Shown: one piece after another, positions 1 through 9,506 of the stretch
Numbering within the stretch: the stretch's first letter is position 1
Layout of the letters: each line of letters begins with the position of its first letter
DNA from: Candidatus Hermodarchaeota archaeon
GTDB taxonomy: Archaea; Asgardarchaeota; Hermodarchaeia; Hermodarchaeales; Hermodarchaeaceae
Direction of reading: 5' to 3'
Length of the DNA: 30,300 nucleotides
NCBI GenBank assembly: GCA_016840065.1
Contig: JAEOTB010000073.1
Span: 1 to 30,300, forward strand
Position numbers and translations under genes: made by a program
The notes under the pieces: model-generated
Told to the model about the DNA's origin: nothing
Databases searched by the model: none
The model's input: only the letters and a program-made list of their open reading frames with translations

Positions 1-767
1 ATGTCATCGAGAAAGCCCAGCGGGTCTCCATAGCCGACTTCAAAGGCAACCAGTATGAGGCAAACCTCCTAGGTACTGACAGCCGAGTCGACACCGCCCT
101 CTTCAAGATCCGCGACGGCAGCATCCCCCCTGCAAAACTCAGTGACTCCGACAAGCTAAAAGTGGGACAGCTAGCTATCGCGATTGGAAGCCCCTTCGGA
201 TTTGTCTTGGGTGGACACACAGCCACCACCGGAATCGTCAGCGCCGTCAACCGCCAAATCCGTACACCAGAAATAGTGCTTCAGAACCTAATCCAAACTG
301 ACTGCGCCATCAACCCAGGTAACAGCGGAGGACCACTTGTGGACATCGATGGACGCGTCATCGCGATAAACACCGCCACCATCCAGTTCGCCGATGGCAT
401 AGGCTTCGCCATGGCTATCAACTCGGTTAAAGATGTCGTAGAGGAAATCATCCAACACGGACGCGTCCGTCGACCATGGATGGGTATAGGAGGCTTCCCT
501 GTTACACGCCAGCTAGCCCGAACCTACAGCCTTCCTGTAGAAGAAGGCGTGGTAGTCGCACAAGTAGTGCAAGGTGGTCCAGCCTATCGAGCAGGTATGC
601 GAGAAGGCGACATCATCATCGGTCTAGACAAGCAGCCAATAAAAACAATGGAAGAAGTAGGAAAGATCATCCAACAGCGCGACGTTGGCGACCGTATAGC
701 TATTGTCGTCGTGAGAGGACGCGGGAAACGAGACCTCACAATCAAATTAGGCGAAGTGCCGACCTAA
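1..767 (+). CDS. htrA: HtrA/DegP-family trypsin-like serine protease with C-terminal PDZ domain (5'-truncated by the window edge)
   Basis: Frame 3 is open from base 3 (VIEKAQRVSIADFKGNQYEANLLGTDSRVDTALFK...). The catalytic Asp region is DTALFK and the Ser motif is IQTDCAINPGNSGGPL. The PDZ region reads GVVVAQVVQGGPAYRAGMREGDII. The ORF-track start at 162 is internal. Confidence 0.93.
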   Translation, partial: VIEKAQRVSIADFKGNQYEANLLGTDSRVDTALFKIRDGSIPPAKLSDSDKLKVGQLAIAIGSPFGFVLGGHTATTGIVSAVNRQIRTPEIVLQNLIQTDCAINPGNSGGPLVDIDGRVIAINTATIQFADGIGFAMAINSVKDVVEEIIQHGRVRRPWMGIGGFPVTRQLARTYSLPVEEGVVVAQVVQGGPAYRAGMREGDIIIGLDKQPIKTMEEVGKIIQQRDVGDRIAIVVVRGRGKRDLTIKLGEVPT

Positions 768-880
768 CTATCTGACTCTCAGCTCCTTGTTGCTCTACCC
801 GATATGGTACAATAAGTATTTCAGAACCAACCTAGTAACTATTCTTGTTAAATGAATAGAATATTTTTCCGGGATGGTTC

Positions 881-1849
881 ATGGAGAAAGAGAAAAGCGT
901 CAAAGAATGGATAAAACTCCTAGAAAGCTCTCAAAATCCTCGGGTAAGGCAAAGCGCTGCTGTTGCCCTAGGAAGGCTGGGAGATAGAAGCGCTGTCAAG
1001 CCTCTGATTCATTTGCTGAAGAGAGACCAAAACCTTTCGGTTAGAGGAGCTGCTGCTCGAGCCTTAGGAGAGCTAGGAGATTCCCGCGCAGTAAATCCTC
1101 TCATAGACGCTGTGCTTCTAGGAGCGAGTGTTGAAGTTCGGGCTAATGCTGCTTGGGCTTTGGGGCGGATTGGCGACCCCATCGCTGTAAACCCCCTGAT
1201 AACGGCTCTACGAACTATTCACCTTGTTACGCCACAAACTCGTCTTGCTTTGCTGGAGACTAGAACACGGTACAGTCGTACAAGGGAACTTATCTCCCGA
1301 TCCACGCGTAGGCCAGGGAGTTACGACCTTGCTGGTGTGAGACGAAATGCTGCTCTAGCCCTTGGGAGGCTAGGAGCCCAAAGTGCCATTGAGCCCCTTA
1401 TCTATGCCATGAGAAACGATTTGTCGATGGAGGTGCGGCGAAGCGCCGCCCTTGCCTTGGGGGAGTTTCTTTCCGAGCTAGACGGACAAATAATGTCTGA
1501 GATGGAAACCCTTGTTCCAGGTACGGCTCCAAAGACTTCTGTGGAGGAAGAAACAATTGAGGTCATTACAAAACCCATACCAAAACCCACTTCTTTTTCA
1601 AGGACAAGAAAGGTAAAACTACGTTGTCCATCCTGTCAGAGAATCATTCGAAAGAGTGAGGACCTCTGCTCCAAATGTGGGAAGGGCTTGAGCCGATGCA
1701 CGGTTTGTCACAAGGTCATTGACCCCGATGATGATTACATTCAATGCCCCCATTGCATGAGTTTAGCTCACAGGGATCATCTTGAGGAATGGCTTCAAAT
1801 CAAGCCTGTCTGTCCGTATTGCCAGAATCAAATAATGATTCAAGGTTAG
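881..1849 (+). CDS. HEAT-repeat (PBS-lyase-like) protein with C-terminal zinc ribbon and RING-like finger
   Basis: Repeated VRxxAAxALGxLGDxxAVxPLI units. The C-terminus has CPSC..CSKC followed by CTVC-x12-CPHC-x4-HRDH-x3-W-x6-CPYC. Confidence 0.88.
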   Translation: MEKEKSVKEWIKLLESSQNPRVRQSAAVALGRLGDRSAVKPLIHLLKRDQNLSVRGAAARALGELGDSRAVNPLIDAVLLGASVEVRANAAWALGRIGDPIAVNPLITALRTIHLVTPQTRLALLETRTRYSRTRELISRSTRRPGSYDLAGVRRNAALALGRLGAQSAIEPLIYAMRNDLSMEVRRSAALALGEFLSELDGQIMSEMETLVPGTAPKTSVEEETIEVITKPIPKPTSFSRTRKVKLRCPSCQRIIRKSEDLCSKCGKGLSRCTVCHKVIDPDDDYIQCPHCMSLAHRDHLEEWLQIKPVCPYCQNQIMIQG

Positions 1850-1877
1850 ACTTCTGAATCACATGGTGGGATGGTTA

Positions 1878-2765
1878 ATGGAGTACGAGAGAAGCGTTAA
1901 GGATTGGGTAAAGCTCCTGAAGCGCGATGTGGATCCTCATATTCGGCGTCGTGCCGCGGAAGCATTGTCAAAGTTGGCGGAAAGTACTGAGGCAGCGAGG
2001 CATGCAGTCAAACCGTTGATTAGTGCTCTGGGATTTGATACGGATATTTCAGTGCGGGAGGCAGCTGCCCGAGCGCTTGGTGCGCTGGGTAGCCGACTTG
2101 CCGTGAACACTTTGATTGCTGCTCTGCGCACTGATGTCAGTGTGTCTGTACGAAGCGGAGCGGCTTCAGCGCTGGGGCGTATCGGGGATGCTCGCGCTAT
2201 AGATCCCCTGATTTTTGTACTGAAGCGCCACAAAGCAGAGGCAGCCCGAAGAAGCGCTGCCCTAGCCTTAGGACGTTTTGAGGAAGACAAGGCTATCAGT
2301 GCCCTCACCGGCTCCGTAAAGACGGATCCATCCATTGAGGTCAGAAGAACTGCTGCCATGGCATTACAGTGGCAGCTAGACCGGTTAGACCCTCAAAGAA
2401 GAGGCACCGTTGAACCCCTCATTCGCCAGGTATTACCAGAACCTGAGAAAGTGAAAACCCCTAAAGTGAAAGAAACGGTTAGTGAGGCACCCAGTGAAGG
2501 CAAGGCAACCATAGTTAAGCCAAAGCTAATCTGCCCGTCTTGTAGGAAGAGAATCAGGAAAGCAGCCAATGTTTGTCCAAAATGCAAGAAGCCGCTAAGC
2601 CGCTGTATGGTTTGTCATAAGATAATTGGGCCAGATGAAGCCTTTACAGCATGTTATCAGTGTGGGGAACTGGCACACTTGGAACATATGCAGCACTGGC
2701 TCACCATCAAGACCATATGTCCCCACTGCCAGCATCACCTGAGTCCTGAGCGCTATAATTTTTGA
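1878..2765 (+). CDS. HEAT-repeat protein with zinc ribbon and RING-like finger (paralog of 881..1849)
   Basis: Same HEAT units, then CPSC..CPKC and CMVC..CYQC-x4-HLEH-x3-W..CPHC. Start moved from 1863 to ATG 1878 because MEYERSVKDWVKLL aligns with MEKEKSVKEWIKLL. Confidence 0.87.
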   Translation: MEYERSVKDWVKLLKRDVDPHIRRRAAEALSKLAESTEAARHAVKPLISALGFDTDISVREAAARALGALGSRLAVNTLIAALRTDVSVSVRSGAASALGRIGDARAIDPLIFVLKRHKAEAARRSAALALGRFEEDKAISALTGSVKTDPSIEVRRTAAMALQWQLDRLDPQRRGTVEPLIRQVLPEPEKVKTPKVKETVSEAPSEGKATIVKPKLICPSCRKRIRKAANVCPKCKKPLSRCMVCHKIIGPDEAFTACYQCGELAHLEHMQHWLTIKTICPHCQHHLSPERYNF

Positions 2766-2839
2766 CAGTCCTAGTTGGAACCTCGCCTAGACATCCTTAA
2801 TAGGTGTCAACGGGAGAAGCTGGTTGGTGATTTCAAGCT

Positions 2840-3211
2840 ATGCCCTTCCTTTGGGCACGAGATGCCCCCCAATTCTATCATCCCGTGGACAGATTACCGG
2901 AGGAATCCGATGAGGAGTGGACGGAGCGCCTCTACGACTGGCAGGAATATTGCGAAGAAGACCTCCTCTTTGGTCTCTACGCAGCCGTGGGCCCAAGCCT
3001 CGGGCAGATCATCCGGTGGGCACGGGCAAACGGGTGGGCAGAGAAGGATACCCAGATTATCGTCGGAGAAGTCACACCCGCAGACCTCAAACCCTTGTTA
3101 CGCCTAGTCGAACAGGGTGAAGACTTTGTGCTACTCCCCAAATGTGAAGAGTATGAAGAAGAAGGCATCGTTCTCGTCGTCCGACCAAGACCACCTAGAA
3201 CGCAACAGTAA
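2840..3211 (+). CDS. Hypothetical acidic protein (123 aa)
   Basis: Fills the gap between co-oriented genes, has an upstream GGTGA SD-like motif and a globular-looking composition. No family recognised. Confidence 0.6.
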   Translation: MPFLWARDAPQFYHPVDRLPEESDEEWTERLYDWQEYCEEDLLFGLYAAVGPSLGQIIRWARANGWAEKDTQIIVGEVTPADLKPLLRLVEQGEDFVLLPKCEEYEEEGIVLVVRPRPPRTQQ

Positions 3212-3262
3212 CTAACCCCCTCTCGATGTGGAAAACGCTAGACTTGTGGGAGAAGAAGCATC

Positions 3263-4162
3263 TTGACGCACAATGGTCCAGATTCGATTGAACCGCTGGT
3301 TGCTGAGTCTAAGGCAGTACTCGAGCAGTACCGCAACCGTAGTCTTCCCGCTCAGGAAAGGGGTGCGCTTGCCATTCGCCTGCGGCAGTTTGCTTATCAA
3401 ATCGAAAGGCATGCTCACACGATTTATCGTCAAGGAAGAATCACGGAAGCGTTGACCCTCCTCCAGGGCATCCTTACAATCTTTCATGAGACTGGGGATA
3501 AACCTAACGAGGGCCTCGCCCTCAACAACATCGGTCTCGTCTTCAAATCTCTGGAGCAGTACGAGAAAGCCTTAGACTGCCTCAAACGAGCCCTAACCAT
3601 ACATCAGAAGGTAGGGAACCGCCGTGGTGAGGGAACCACGTTGAACAACATCGGCTTGGTCTACCATTTAATGGGGGAGTCACAGGTAGCGCTGGATTAC
3701 TTCAATCAGGCGTTGGTCATTGCCCGTGAAGAGGCGAACCTAAACGGTGAGGCGAATGCCCTCTCCAATATCGGTGCCGTGTACACAGCGTTGGAACAGT
3801 ACCAGGAAGCCCTCATGCACCTCCAGCAAGCCCTCACCATAACTCGCCAAATCGGAATCCGGTATGGTGAAGGAACCGTACTGAACAACATTGGGAAAGC
3901 GCTGCTTAAGCTGGGAAGGTTTGTGGAGGCTCTCGGAAACCTTGAACAAGCCCTAACAATCCAGCAAGAGATTGGCGACAAACCAGGTGAATGGATTACT
4001 CTCAACAACATTGGTCACGTAAAACAGGAGCAGGGGTATCTACAAGAAGCTCTGGAGTACTTCCAGCAGGCTCTAGCCATTACACGAGAGATTGATGACA
4101 AAAATGGTGAAAGACTAACCTTAGAGAACATTGAAACAATATCCAAGCAATTAGAGAAGTAG
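3263..4162 (+). CDS. Tetratricopeptide repeat protein (40-aa MalT/TPR_12-type repeats)
   Basis: Repeats of GEGxxLNNIGxVYxxLxxYxEALxYxxQALxIxREIGD. Confidence 0.9.
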   Translation: MTHNGPDSIEPLVAESKAVLEQYRNRSLPAQERGALAIRLRQFAYQIERHAHTIYRQGRITEALTLLQGILTIFHETGDKPNEGLALNNIGLVFKSLEQYEKALDCLKRALTIHQKVGNRRGEGTTLNNIGLVYHLMGESQVALDYFNQALVIAREEANLNGEANALSNIGAVYTALEQYQEALMHLQQALTITRQIGIRYGEGTVLNNIGKALLKLGRFVEALGNLEQALTIQQEIGDKPGEWITLNNIGHVKQEQGYLQEALEYFQQALAITREIDDKNGERLTLENIETISKQLEK

Positions 4163-4247
4163 ACACGTTATGGACATGGGCTATAACTATCTCTTACAGT
4201 ATACTTAAAGTCTCATTCACCCAATGTGTTTTCGCGTTGGGATGGTT

Positions 4248-5042
4248 ATGGAATCTGAGCGTAGTGTCAAAGAATGGATCAAATTGCTAAAGGAGTATCC
4301 TGACCCTCATGTGAGGAGAAAGGCTGCTGAGGCATTGGGGAAGCTAAGAGACCCAAAGGCCGTGAAACCCCTGATTAGTGCTTTAGAAAGGGATCAAGAA
4401 GGTTCAGTAAGGTGTGCTGCTGCCCAAGCATTGGGTGAACTCGGCGACAGAAAAGCTGTTAAACCGTTAATAAAGGCCCTGGGGCTAAAGAGTACGCTTT
4501 CGTCGAAAAGAAAGCGTGTTCGCGGAGTAGTCGAAATAGTAGACCTGAAAATTCAGGGAGAAATCAGTTCTGAAGTGATATCCAACGCAGCAACCGCTCT
4601 AGGAAGAATCGGTGACCCCCGCGCCATCAAACCTCTAGGTCAAACTCTGCGTCGGCACAAGGAATATGCCCGAATCCGGGCTGCTCTTGCCTTGGGAATG
4701 TTTGAAGACCAACATGCACTCAGCTTCCTTGTAGACTCTGTGGAACGCGACCCTTCGATTGATGTTCGAAGAAGCGCTGCTCAGGCCTTAAGGGGTCGGA
4801 TAGGTTGGTTAGACCCTGCGAGAAGAACCCGCATACAGCTAACAATCAGCAGCCTTCTGGGAGAACCTACTGTTATTGAAGGACCATCGCGTGAAGTATT
4901 CCCGGGAGTGGAAGTCAGCGACGGTTTTCTAGTCGTACCCTCTACTTCTTCTGAGGCTCCTGCGAGAGTGTTCTGTAGGTTTTGTGGTGAGAGGATAAGT
5001 ATAGAAGAGGAAACATGTCCAAAGTGCAAATCAACTCAATAA
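4248..5042 (+). CDS. HEAT-repeat protein with C-terminal zinc ribbon only (third paralog)
   Basis: N-terminus MESERSVKEWIKLL matches the paralogs, so the start is 4248 rather than 4224. HEAT units follow, and it ends CRFC-x10-CPKC with no RING. Confidence 0.87.
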   Translation: MESERSVKEWIKLLKEYPDPHVRRKAAEALGKLRDPKAVKPLISALERDQEGSVRCAAAQALGELGDRKAVKPLIKALGLKSTLSSKRKRVRGVVEIVDLKIQGEISSEVISNAATALGRIGDPRAIKPLGQTLRRHKEYARIRAALALGMFEDQHALSFLVDSVERDPSIDVRRSAAQALRGRIGWLDPARRTRIQLTISSLLGEPTVIEGPSREVFPGVEVSDGFLVVPSTSSEAPARVFCRFCGERISIEEETCPKCKSTQ

Positions 5043-5110
5043 TCCCTTAGAAGAGCAGGTTTATGGGAAGAATATCTACTATTTCTTCTCTCTTAGCTTG
5101 TTGGAGTTAC

Positions 5111-6232
5111 TTGGCGAAACGCAGCTCAGATTCGATATCACAACTCATCACAGAGGGCGAGGAACTACTCCGAGAATACCGTAGCCTTGAGCCAGGTAGT
5201 AGGTATCAACAGGAACCAATCGTGCGACAGTTCGCCCTTCAATTAACTGAGCGATATGTTGCGCATTATCGTAAAAATGAATTTGAAGATGTTTTAAGGA
5301 TACTACCTCTAGTGGTAGAGTTCAATAAAGCCCTTGACAACCCACCTGGTGTAGGGACAACCCTAGCCCTCATGGGTATGGTATACAGGACGCTAGAACG
5401 GCACAAGGAGTCCCTAGAATATCTTCAGCAGGCCTATGCCGTCAGCCGTGAGATTGACGACCGCCGTCTCAAAGGAACTACACTAGGTAGTCTCGGTGAA
5501 GTTCTTGTTAAGTTAGGGCGGTACAAGGAGGCCCTAGACTATCTCCAGCAGGCTCTCCCCATCACTCGTGAGGTGGGCGATAGACCAGGTGAAGGAATGG
5601 CCTTGGCCAACATCGGTAGGGTATACAAGGCATTTGGGCGTTTTCAGGAGGCCCTAGACTATCTTCAGCAGGCTCTCGTCATTAGTCGTGAGGCTGACGA
5701 TAGATCCCAGGAGGCGGGTATCGTAAACGACATCGGCGACACTTACGTTAAGCTGAAGCGTCCCCAAGAGGCGATGAAATACCTCCAACAGACTCTCACC
5801 ATTTTGCGCCAAATGGGAGACCGAAGAAGAGAGGGAATCACACTTGGCAATCTTGGAACTGTTTACAGGTTGTTTGGACGAACCTCTGAAGCCCTAAAAC
5901 ATTACAACCAGGCTCTTGCCATTAGCCGCGAGTTTAACGACCGAATATCAGAGGGTATGACTCTAAACAATATTGGTCTATTGTATAGGGTGATGGGGCA
6001 GCAACAAAAGGCCTTAGGCTATTACAAGCAAGCTCTCATCATTATCCGTGAGATTGGTGACCGCCAAGGAGAAGGAATTCTCCTTAACAACATTGGCATG
6101 GTGTGCAAGATATTGGGGCAGCGCCAGGAGGCCCTCGACTACTTCCAACAAGCCCTCGAAATTATGCGTGCGGTTGGCAATCAATATATTATAGGATTGA
6201 TCGAGAAAAACATCAAGGAGATTGCCTTGTAG
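5111..6232 (+). CDS. Tetratricopeptide repeat protein (paralog of 3263..4162)
   Basis: 40-aa TPR units. N-terminus DSISQLITEGEELLREYR..VRQFALQL aligns with DSIEPLVAESKAVLEQYR..LRQFAYQI. TTG 5111 after GGAG is preferred over 5063. Confidence 0.88.
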   Translation: MAKRSSDSISQLITEGEELLREYRSLEPGSRYQQEPIVRQFALQLTERYVAHYRKNEFEDVLRILPLVVEFNKALDNPPGVGTTLALMGMVYRTLERHKESLEYLQQAYAVSREIDDRRLKGTTLGSLGEVLVKLGRYKEALDYLQQALPITREVGDRPGEGMALANIGRVYKAFGRFQEALDYLQQALVISREADDRSQEAGIVNDIGDTYVKLKRPQEAMKYLQQTLTILRQMGDRRREGITLGNLGTVYRLFGRTSEALKHYNQALAISREFNDRISEGMTLNNIGLLYRVMGQQQKALGYYKQALIIIREIGDRQGEGILLNNIGMVCKILGQRQEALDYFQQALEIMRAVGNQYIIGLIEKNIKEIAL

Positions 6233-6267
6233 TATAGAATCTCGTAGCTCTAAAGGGGTATTTGTTT

Positions 6268-6292
6268 GGTTGTGTTTGTTTGTGCCACAACC
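6268..6292. repeat. Palindrome GGTTGTG-N11-CACAACC, copy 1 (between convergent genes)
   Basis: Perfect 7-bp arms with an 11-nt spacer. Identical arms and spacing recur at 29173..29197. Confidence 0.6.
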
Positions 6293-6320
6293 TCTCACTA
6301 CACGAGAGTAACATGCAATT

Positions 6321-9300
6321 CTAACCTGCTCCTTCGATTCGTCTTTGTCGTCTCCGGCGTACCTGAAGCCCACCGAATATGTAGCGTATAATAACATAAC
6401 AGCCGATTATTGCGATGAAAAGATATGTGAGCATCAGTACCCATAATCCTGCTGCAGGCCAGGGATCAGGTAGGGTGGGGAAGACCCATGTGGCAAGAAA
6501 TCCTGCGATGCCGGGGAGGAAGGTTAGTGCGATGATTTTCGCTTCTATGCTTTCGACGAACCGCCCAAGCACTGAGCCACGAGCTCCTAGCTTAACGATT
6601 ACCTTGGGGAAGTCTGGTTGCTCGAGGGCGTTTTGGAATTCCTCGTAGGCTTCCCGCCATTCTGTAGGGTCCTGGAGCCGTTGTAGCCCAGTGGGTTGGG
6701 AGTCTCTCTTTTCTGGTCCTCTGCGTTTTGTTTCACTAGTCATTGGTTTTTGTTGGCGGCGGATGTTCTCACTATCTCCCCTAGCCCTTTCTTCTTTGGG
6801 CTTCTCGTGTTTAAGAAATTCTAGAATCTCTGTTACACTTTGGGAGAGCCCATGGACTTGGCGGTCCACCTTGGCGAGTCGACTTGATACGATGTGGCGT
6901 AACTCGGTGAAGAGTATTGTTTCCAGTGGGCTGAACTCCCGAGGTTTCATTTCTGGTGCATATTCAATACGATGTCCTGTTACTGATAGGATGGCTTCGG
7001 GGGAAACTGAGTAACCAGAGTCTAGCTTGAAACTCGCCCACTCAGAGTAGTGTTGTCGTTCCGTATCCCATACAAAGTCGGTGAATCGAACATCTGCCTT
7101 ATCGCCCCTGTCACTTTCAACGGTGAGTACAACCGCCTCTATCCATGGGCCATACTCGATGGGTAGCTCCTCGATGGCGAGTTTGAAGTGTATTGCGGTT
7201 TCTTTCCGGTCAGGGAGCTGGACGGTGACTTTGCCCTCTCGTTGGGTCTCCTTTGTTAGAGGTATTTCGGTGATTTCTTCTTCCCGGGGGAATTCAGCAG
7301 GGTTTAGGGGAGAAAACCAGAGGCGCAGGTGCCATGGGAGCATAAGGTAACCGAGTTGTTTCCTGAAGACAGCATAACGCAAGGGGACCTCACGGCAGGT
7401 TTTCTGGATTCTACGGATGTATTCCTTTTGATGCTCTGAGGAAAGGTAGGGGATAAGCTGAGGCATGAAGCCACCCTCCAGATGCTCCAGTTTTGTAGCC
7501 CCCCAGTATAGACAGTCAAAGACCTTATGTCCTTCTTTCCTGTAGTTCTTAACTAGGGTCCAGAGTCCAGTTCCACCTCCCAGCATTCGGTCCTGAAGTT
7601 CGGTGGGGAGAAGTGTAAGCAGGTAGAGGTCTAGGACACATCCTTCGAAATCCCAAATGGCTGCGGTTTTGTCAGATGAACCTGATATTATGTGTCGACA
7701 ATCCTTTGCCACAGCAATAGCACCAACAGCGCCCTCATGCCCATGGAGGACTCGAAGCAGTGTACCCTTCTCAAGGTCCCAAACTTTGATTGTGTTGTCG
7801 TGACCTCCTGATACGACGTACTTGCCGCAGGGTGAAACTGCCACGGAAAGAACACGGCTGCGATGACCTTTCAGGGATCGGAGTACCTCACCAGTCGCTG
7901 GGTCCCAGATAACGACTTTGTCTTCGCGGGCACCCGAGATGATGTGCTGACCGTCCTGTGTAGTAGCGACAGGTCCAACTGATTTTGTGTGGCGTGGAAG
8001 GGTTTGCACGAGCTTGCCTTCCTCAAGGTCCCATACACGGACAGTTTCATCCCAAGCCCCTGACAGCACGTGTTGCCCATCGGGTGCCATTGTGATTCCA
8101 TGCACTCGACCGGAGTGACCCTTTAGAACCTTGACTGGTGCGCCTGTTTTAGCGTCCCATACACGCACCGCATCATCCCTGCCACCACTCAGTATTAATC
8201 GAGAGTCCGGAGTGACTAGCACAGATCCAACTGCGTCAGTGTGACCTTTTAGGAGATGAACCTGTTTTCCAGATTCAATATCCCACACTCTGACTGACCT
8301 ATCGGAGGAGGCTGAAATAATATGGCAACCATCCGGGGTTATGGCAAGGTCATCGATGGCGTTTTTATGACCCTCTAGGGTGTGAACTAACTCTCCTGAA
8401 TGAAGATTCCAGACCAGAATCTTATCATCATCGGTTCCTGTAACTAGGTGTTTGCCATCAGGAGACTCACACAAAACGCTTATCCTACCTGTGTGGGGTA
8501 GGGTACGGAGCATCTCATTAGTCAGTAGGTTCCAGATGTGGACGCTACCATCAAAAGAGCAAGTGAGTAACCGCCTTCCATCAGCGGTAACTGTGGCTCC
8601 ATAGACTCCTCCTTGGTGTCCCCTGAGTAGACGGAGTTCCTCACCTGTCTGGAGGCTCCAGACCCTTGTGGTTTTATCCTCGGAGGTGGAGATGATGTTC
8701 TTCCCATCTTTAGTTAGTGTAACAGATAGGACGGGTCTTTCGTGACCCTCAAGTACAAAGACCAGTTCACCACTTCGGAAATCATAAACACGAACCCTCT
8801 TGTCCCTTGAACCTACAACGATGTGGCGGGAGTCGGGGGTAACTATTACAGATTCCTGGGATTCTGCATCTCCTTCAATCACTCGGAGTGCCTCTCCCGT
8901 AGCAAGACCCCAAACCCTAATCAGGTGGTCTTCATGGCCTACACTAACTATGTACCGGTCATCAGGTGTTATTGCCACACTTCGTACGGTGCCGTCGTGA
9001 CCTTTGCAGGTGTGGAGGAGTTTCCCAGATTGCAGCTCAAAGACGCGTACTGTTTTATCTCGAGACCCTGAGACTAGGAATTTTCCGTCATTGGAAATAA
9101 CTACAGTTGTAACCGATGCCTTGTGTTCCTTCAATGTGTGGAGGGCCTTTCCTGTTGTAAGATCAGAGACTCTGATAGTCCTGTCAAGGGAGCAGGACAC
9201 GACGAAGCGACCATCGGGTGAGGATGTAACGGCTTCCACAGCTGCGTTGTGAGCCTTTATCTGGTGAAGGAGCTGAGAGGTAGCGAACTCCCATACTAGA

Positions 9301-9416
9301 ACCTTGCCTTGAGTTGTGCCAGCAATCACGTGGTGACCGTCAGCTGTTGCTGTTGTGCAGAGTAAGGGCTCCTTCTGCTCTATCTGTTTGTCAGGAATTA
9401 TGGCAAATTCTGTCAT
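6321..9416 (-). CDS. WD40-repeat protein (14 repeats, two 7-bladed propellers) with uncharacterised C-terminal region and two terminal TM helices
   Basis: I counted 14 GH..SGSxDxTVRVWD-type repeats in the first ~590 aa. Hydrophobic segments IIALTFLPGIAGFLATWVF and AAGLWVLMLTYLFIAIIGCYVII are followed by RRRRQRR. Confidence 0.92.
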   Translation of the reverse strand: MTEFAIIPDKQIEQKEPLLCTTATADGHHVIAGTTQGKVLVWEFATSQLLHQIKAHNAAVEAVTSSPDGRFVVSCSLDRTIRVSDLTTGKALHTLKEHKASVTTVVISNDGKFLVSGSRDKTVRVFELQSGKLLHTCKGHDGTVRSVAITPDDRYIVSVGHEDHLIRVWGLATGEALRVIEGDAESQESVIVTPDSRHIVVGSRDKRVRVYDFRSGELVFVLEGHERPVLSVTLTKDGKNIISTSEDKTTRVWSLQTGEELRLLRGHQGGVYGATVTADGRRLLTCSFDGSVHIWNLLTNEMLRTLPHTGRISVLCESPDGKHLVTGTDDDKILVWNLHSGELVHTLEGHKNAIDDLAITPDGCHIISASSDRSVRVWDIESGKQVHLLKGHTDAVGSVLVTPDSRLILSGGRDDAVRVWDAKTGAPVKVLKGHSGRVHGITMAPDGQHVLSGAWDETVRVWDLEEGKLVQTLPRHTKSVGPVATTQDGQHIISGAREDKVVIWDPATGEVLRSLKGHRSRVLSVAVSPCGKYVVSGGHDNTIKVWDLEKGTLLRVLHGHEGAVGAIAVAKDCRHIISGSSDKTAAIWDFEGCVLDLYLLTLLPTELQDRMLGGGTGLWTLVKNYRKEGHKVFDCLYWGATKLEHLEGGFMPQLIPYLSSEHQKEYIRRIQKTCREVPLRYAVFRKQLGYLMLPWHLRLWFSPLNPAEFPREEEITEIPLTKETQREGKVTVQLPDRKETAIHFKLAIEELPIEYGPWIEAVVLTVESDRGDKADVRFTDFVWDTERQHYSEWASFKLDSGYSVSPEAILSVTGHRIEYAPEMKPREFSPLETILFTELRHIVSSRLAKVDRQVHGLSQSVTEILEFLKHEKPKEERARGDSENIRRQQKPMTSETKRRGPEKRDSQPTGLQRLQDPTEWREAYEEFQNALEQPDFPKVIVKLGARGSVLGRFVESIEAKIIALTFLPGIAGFLATWVFPTLPDPWPAAGLWVLMLTYLFIAIIGCYVIIRYIFGGLQVRRRRQRRIEGAG

Positions 9417-9506
9417 AGGTTGACCTCCCTAAAGCGAATGTTGGGTGATAGTTACTCAAAACCTTTTCTTCCCCAACAACAGAAAGACTAGTGATGTAAC
9501 GAGGGT

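Noticed and set aside
6268-6292. Palindrome as an integron attC site
   Set aside because: The arm order is GTT...AAC rather than AAC...GTT, the element is too short, and there is no integrase in the window.
6321-9416. NLR/STAND-type WD40 immune receptor
   Set aside because: No Walker A/B or NACHT motifs anywhere in the protein.
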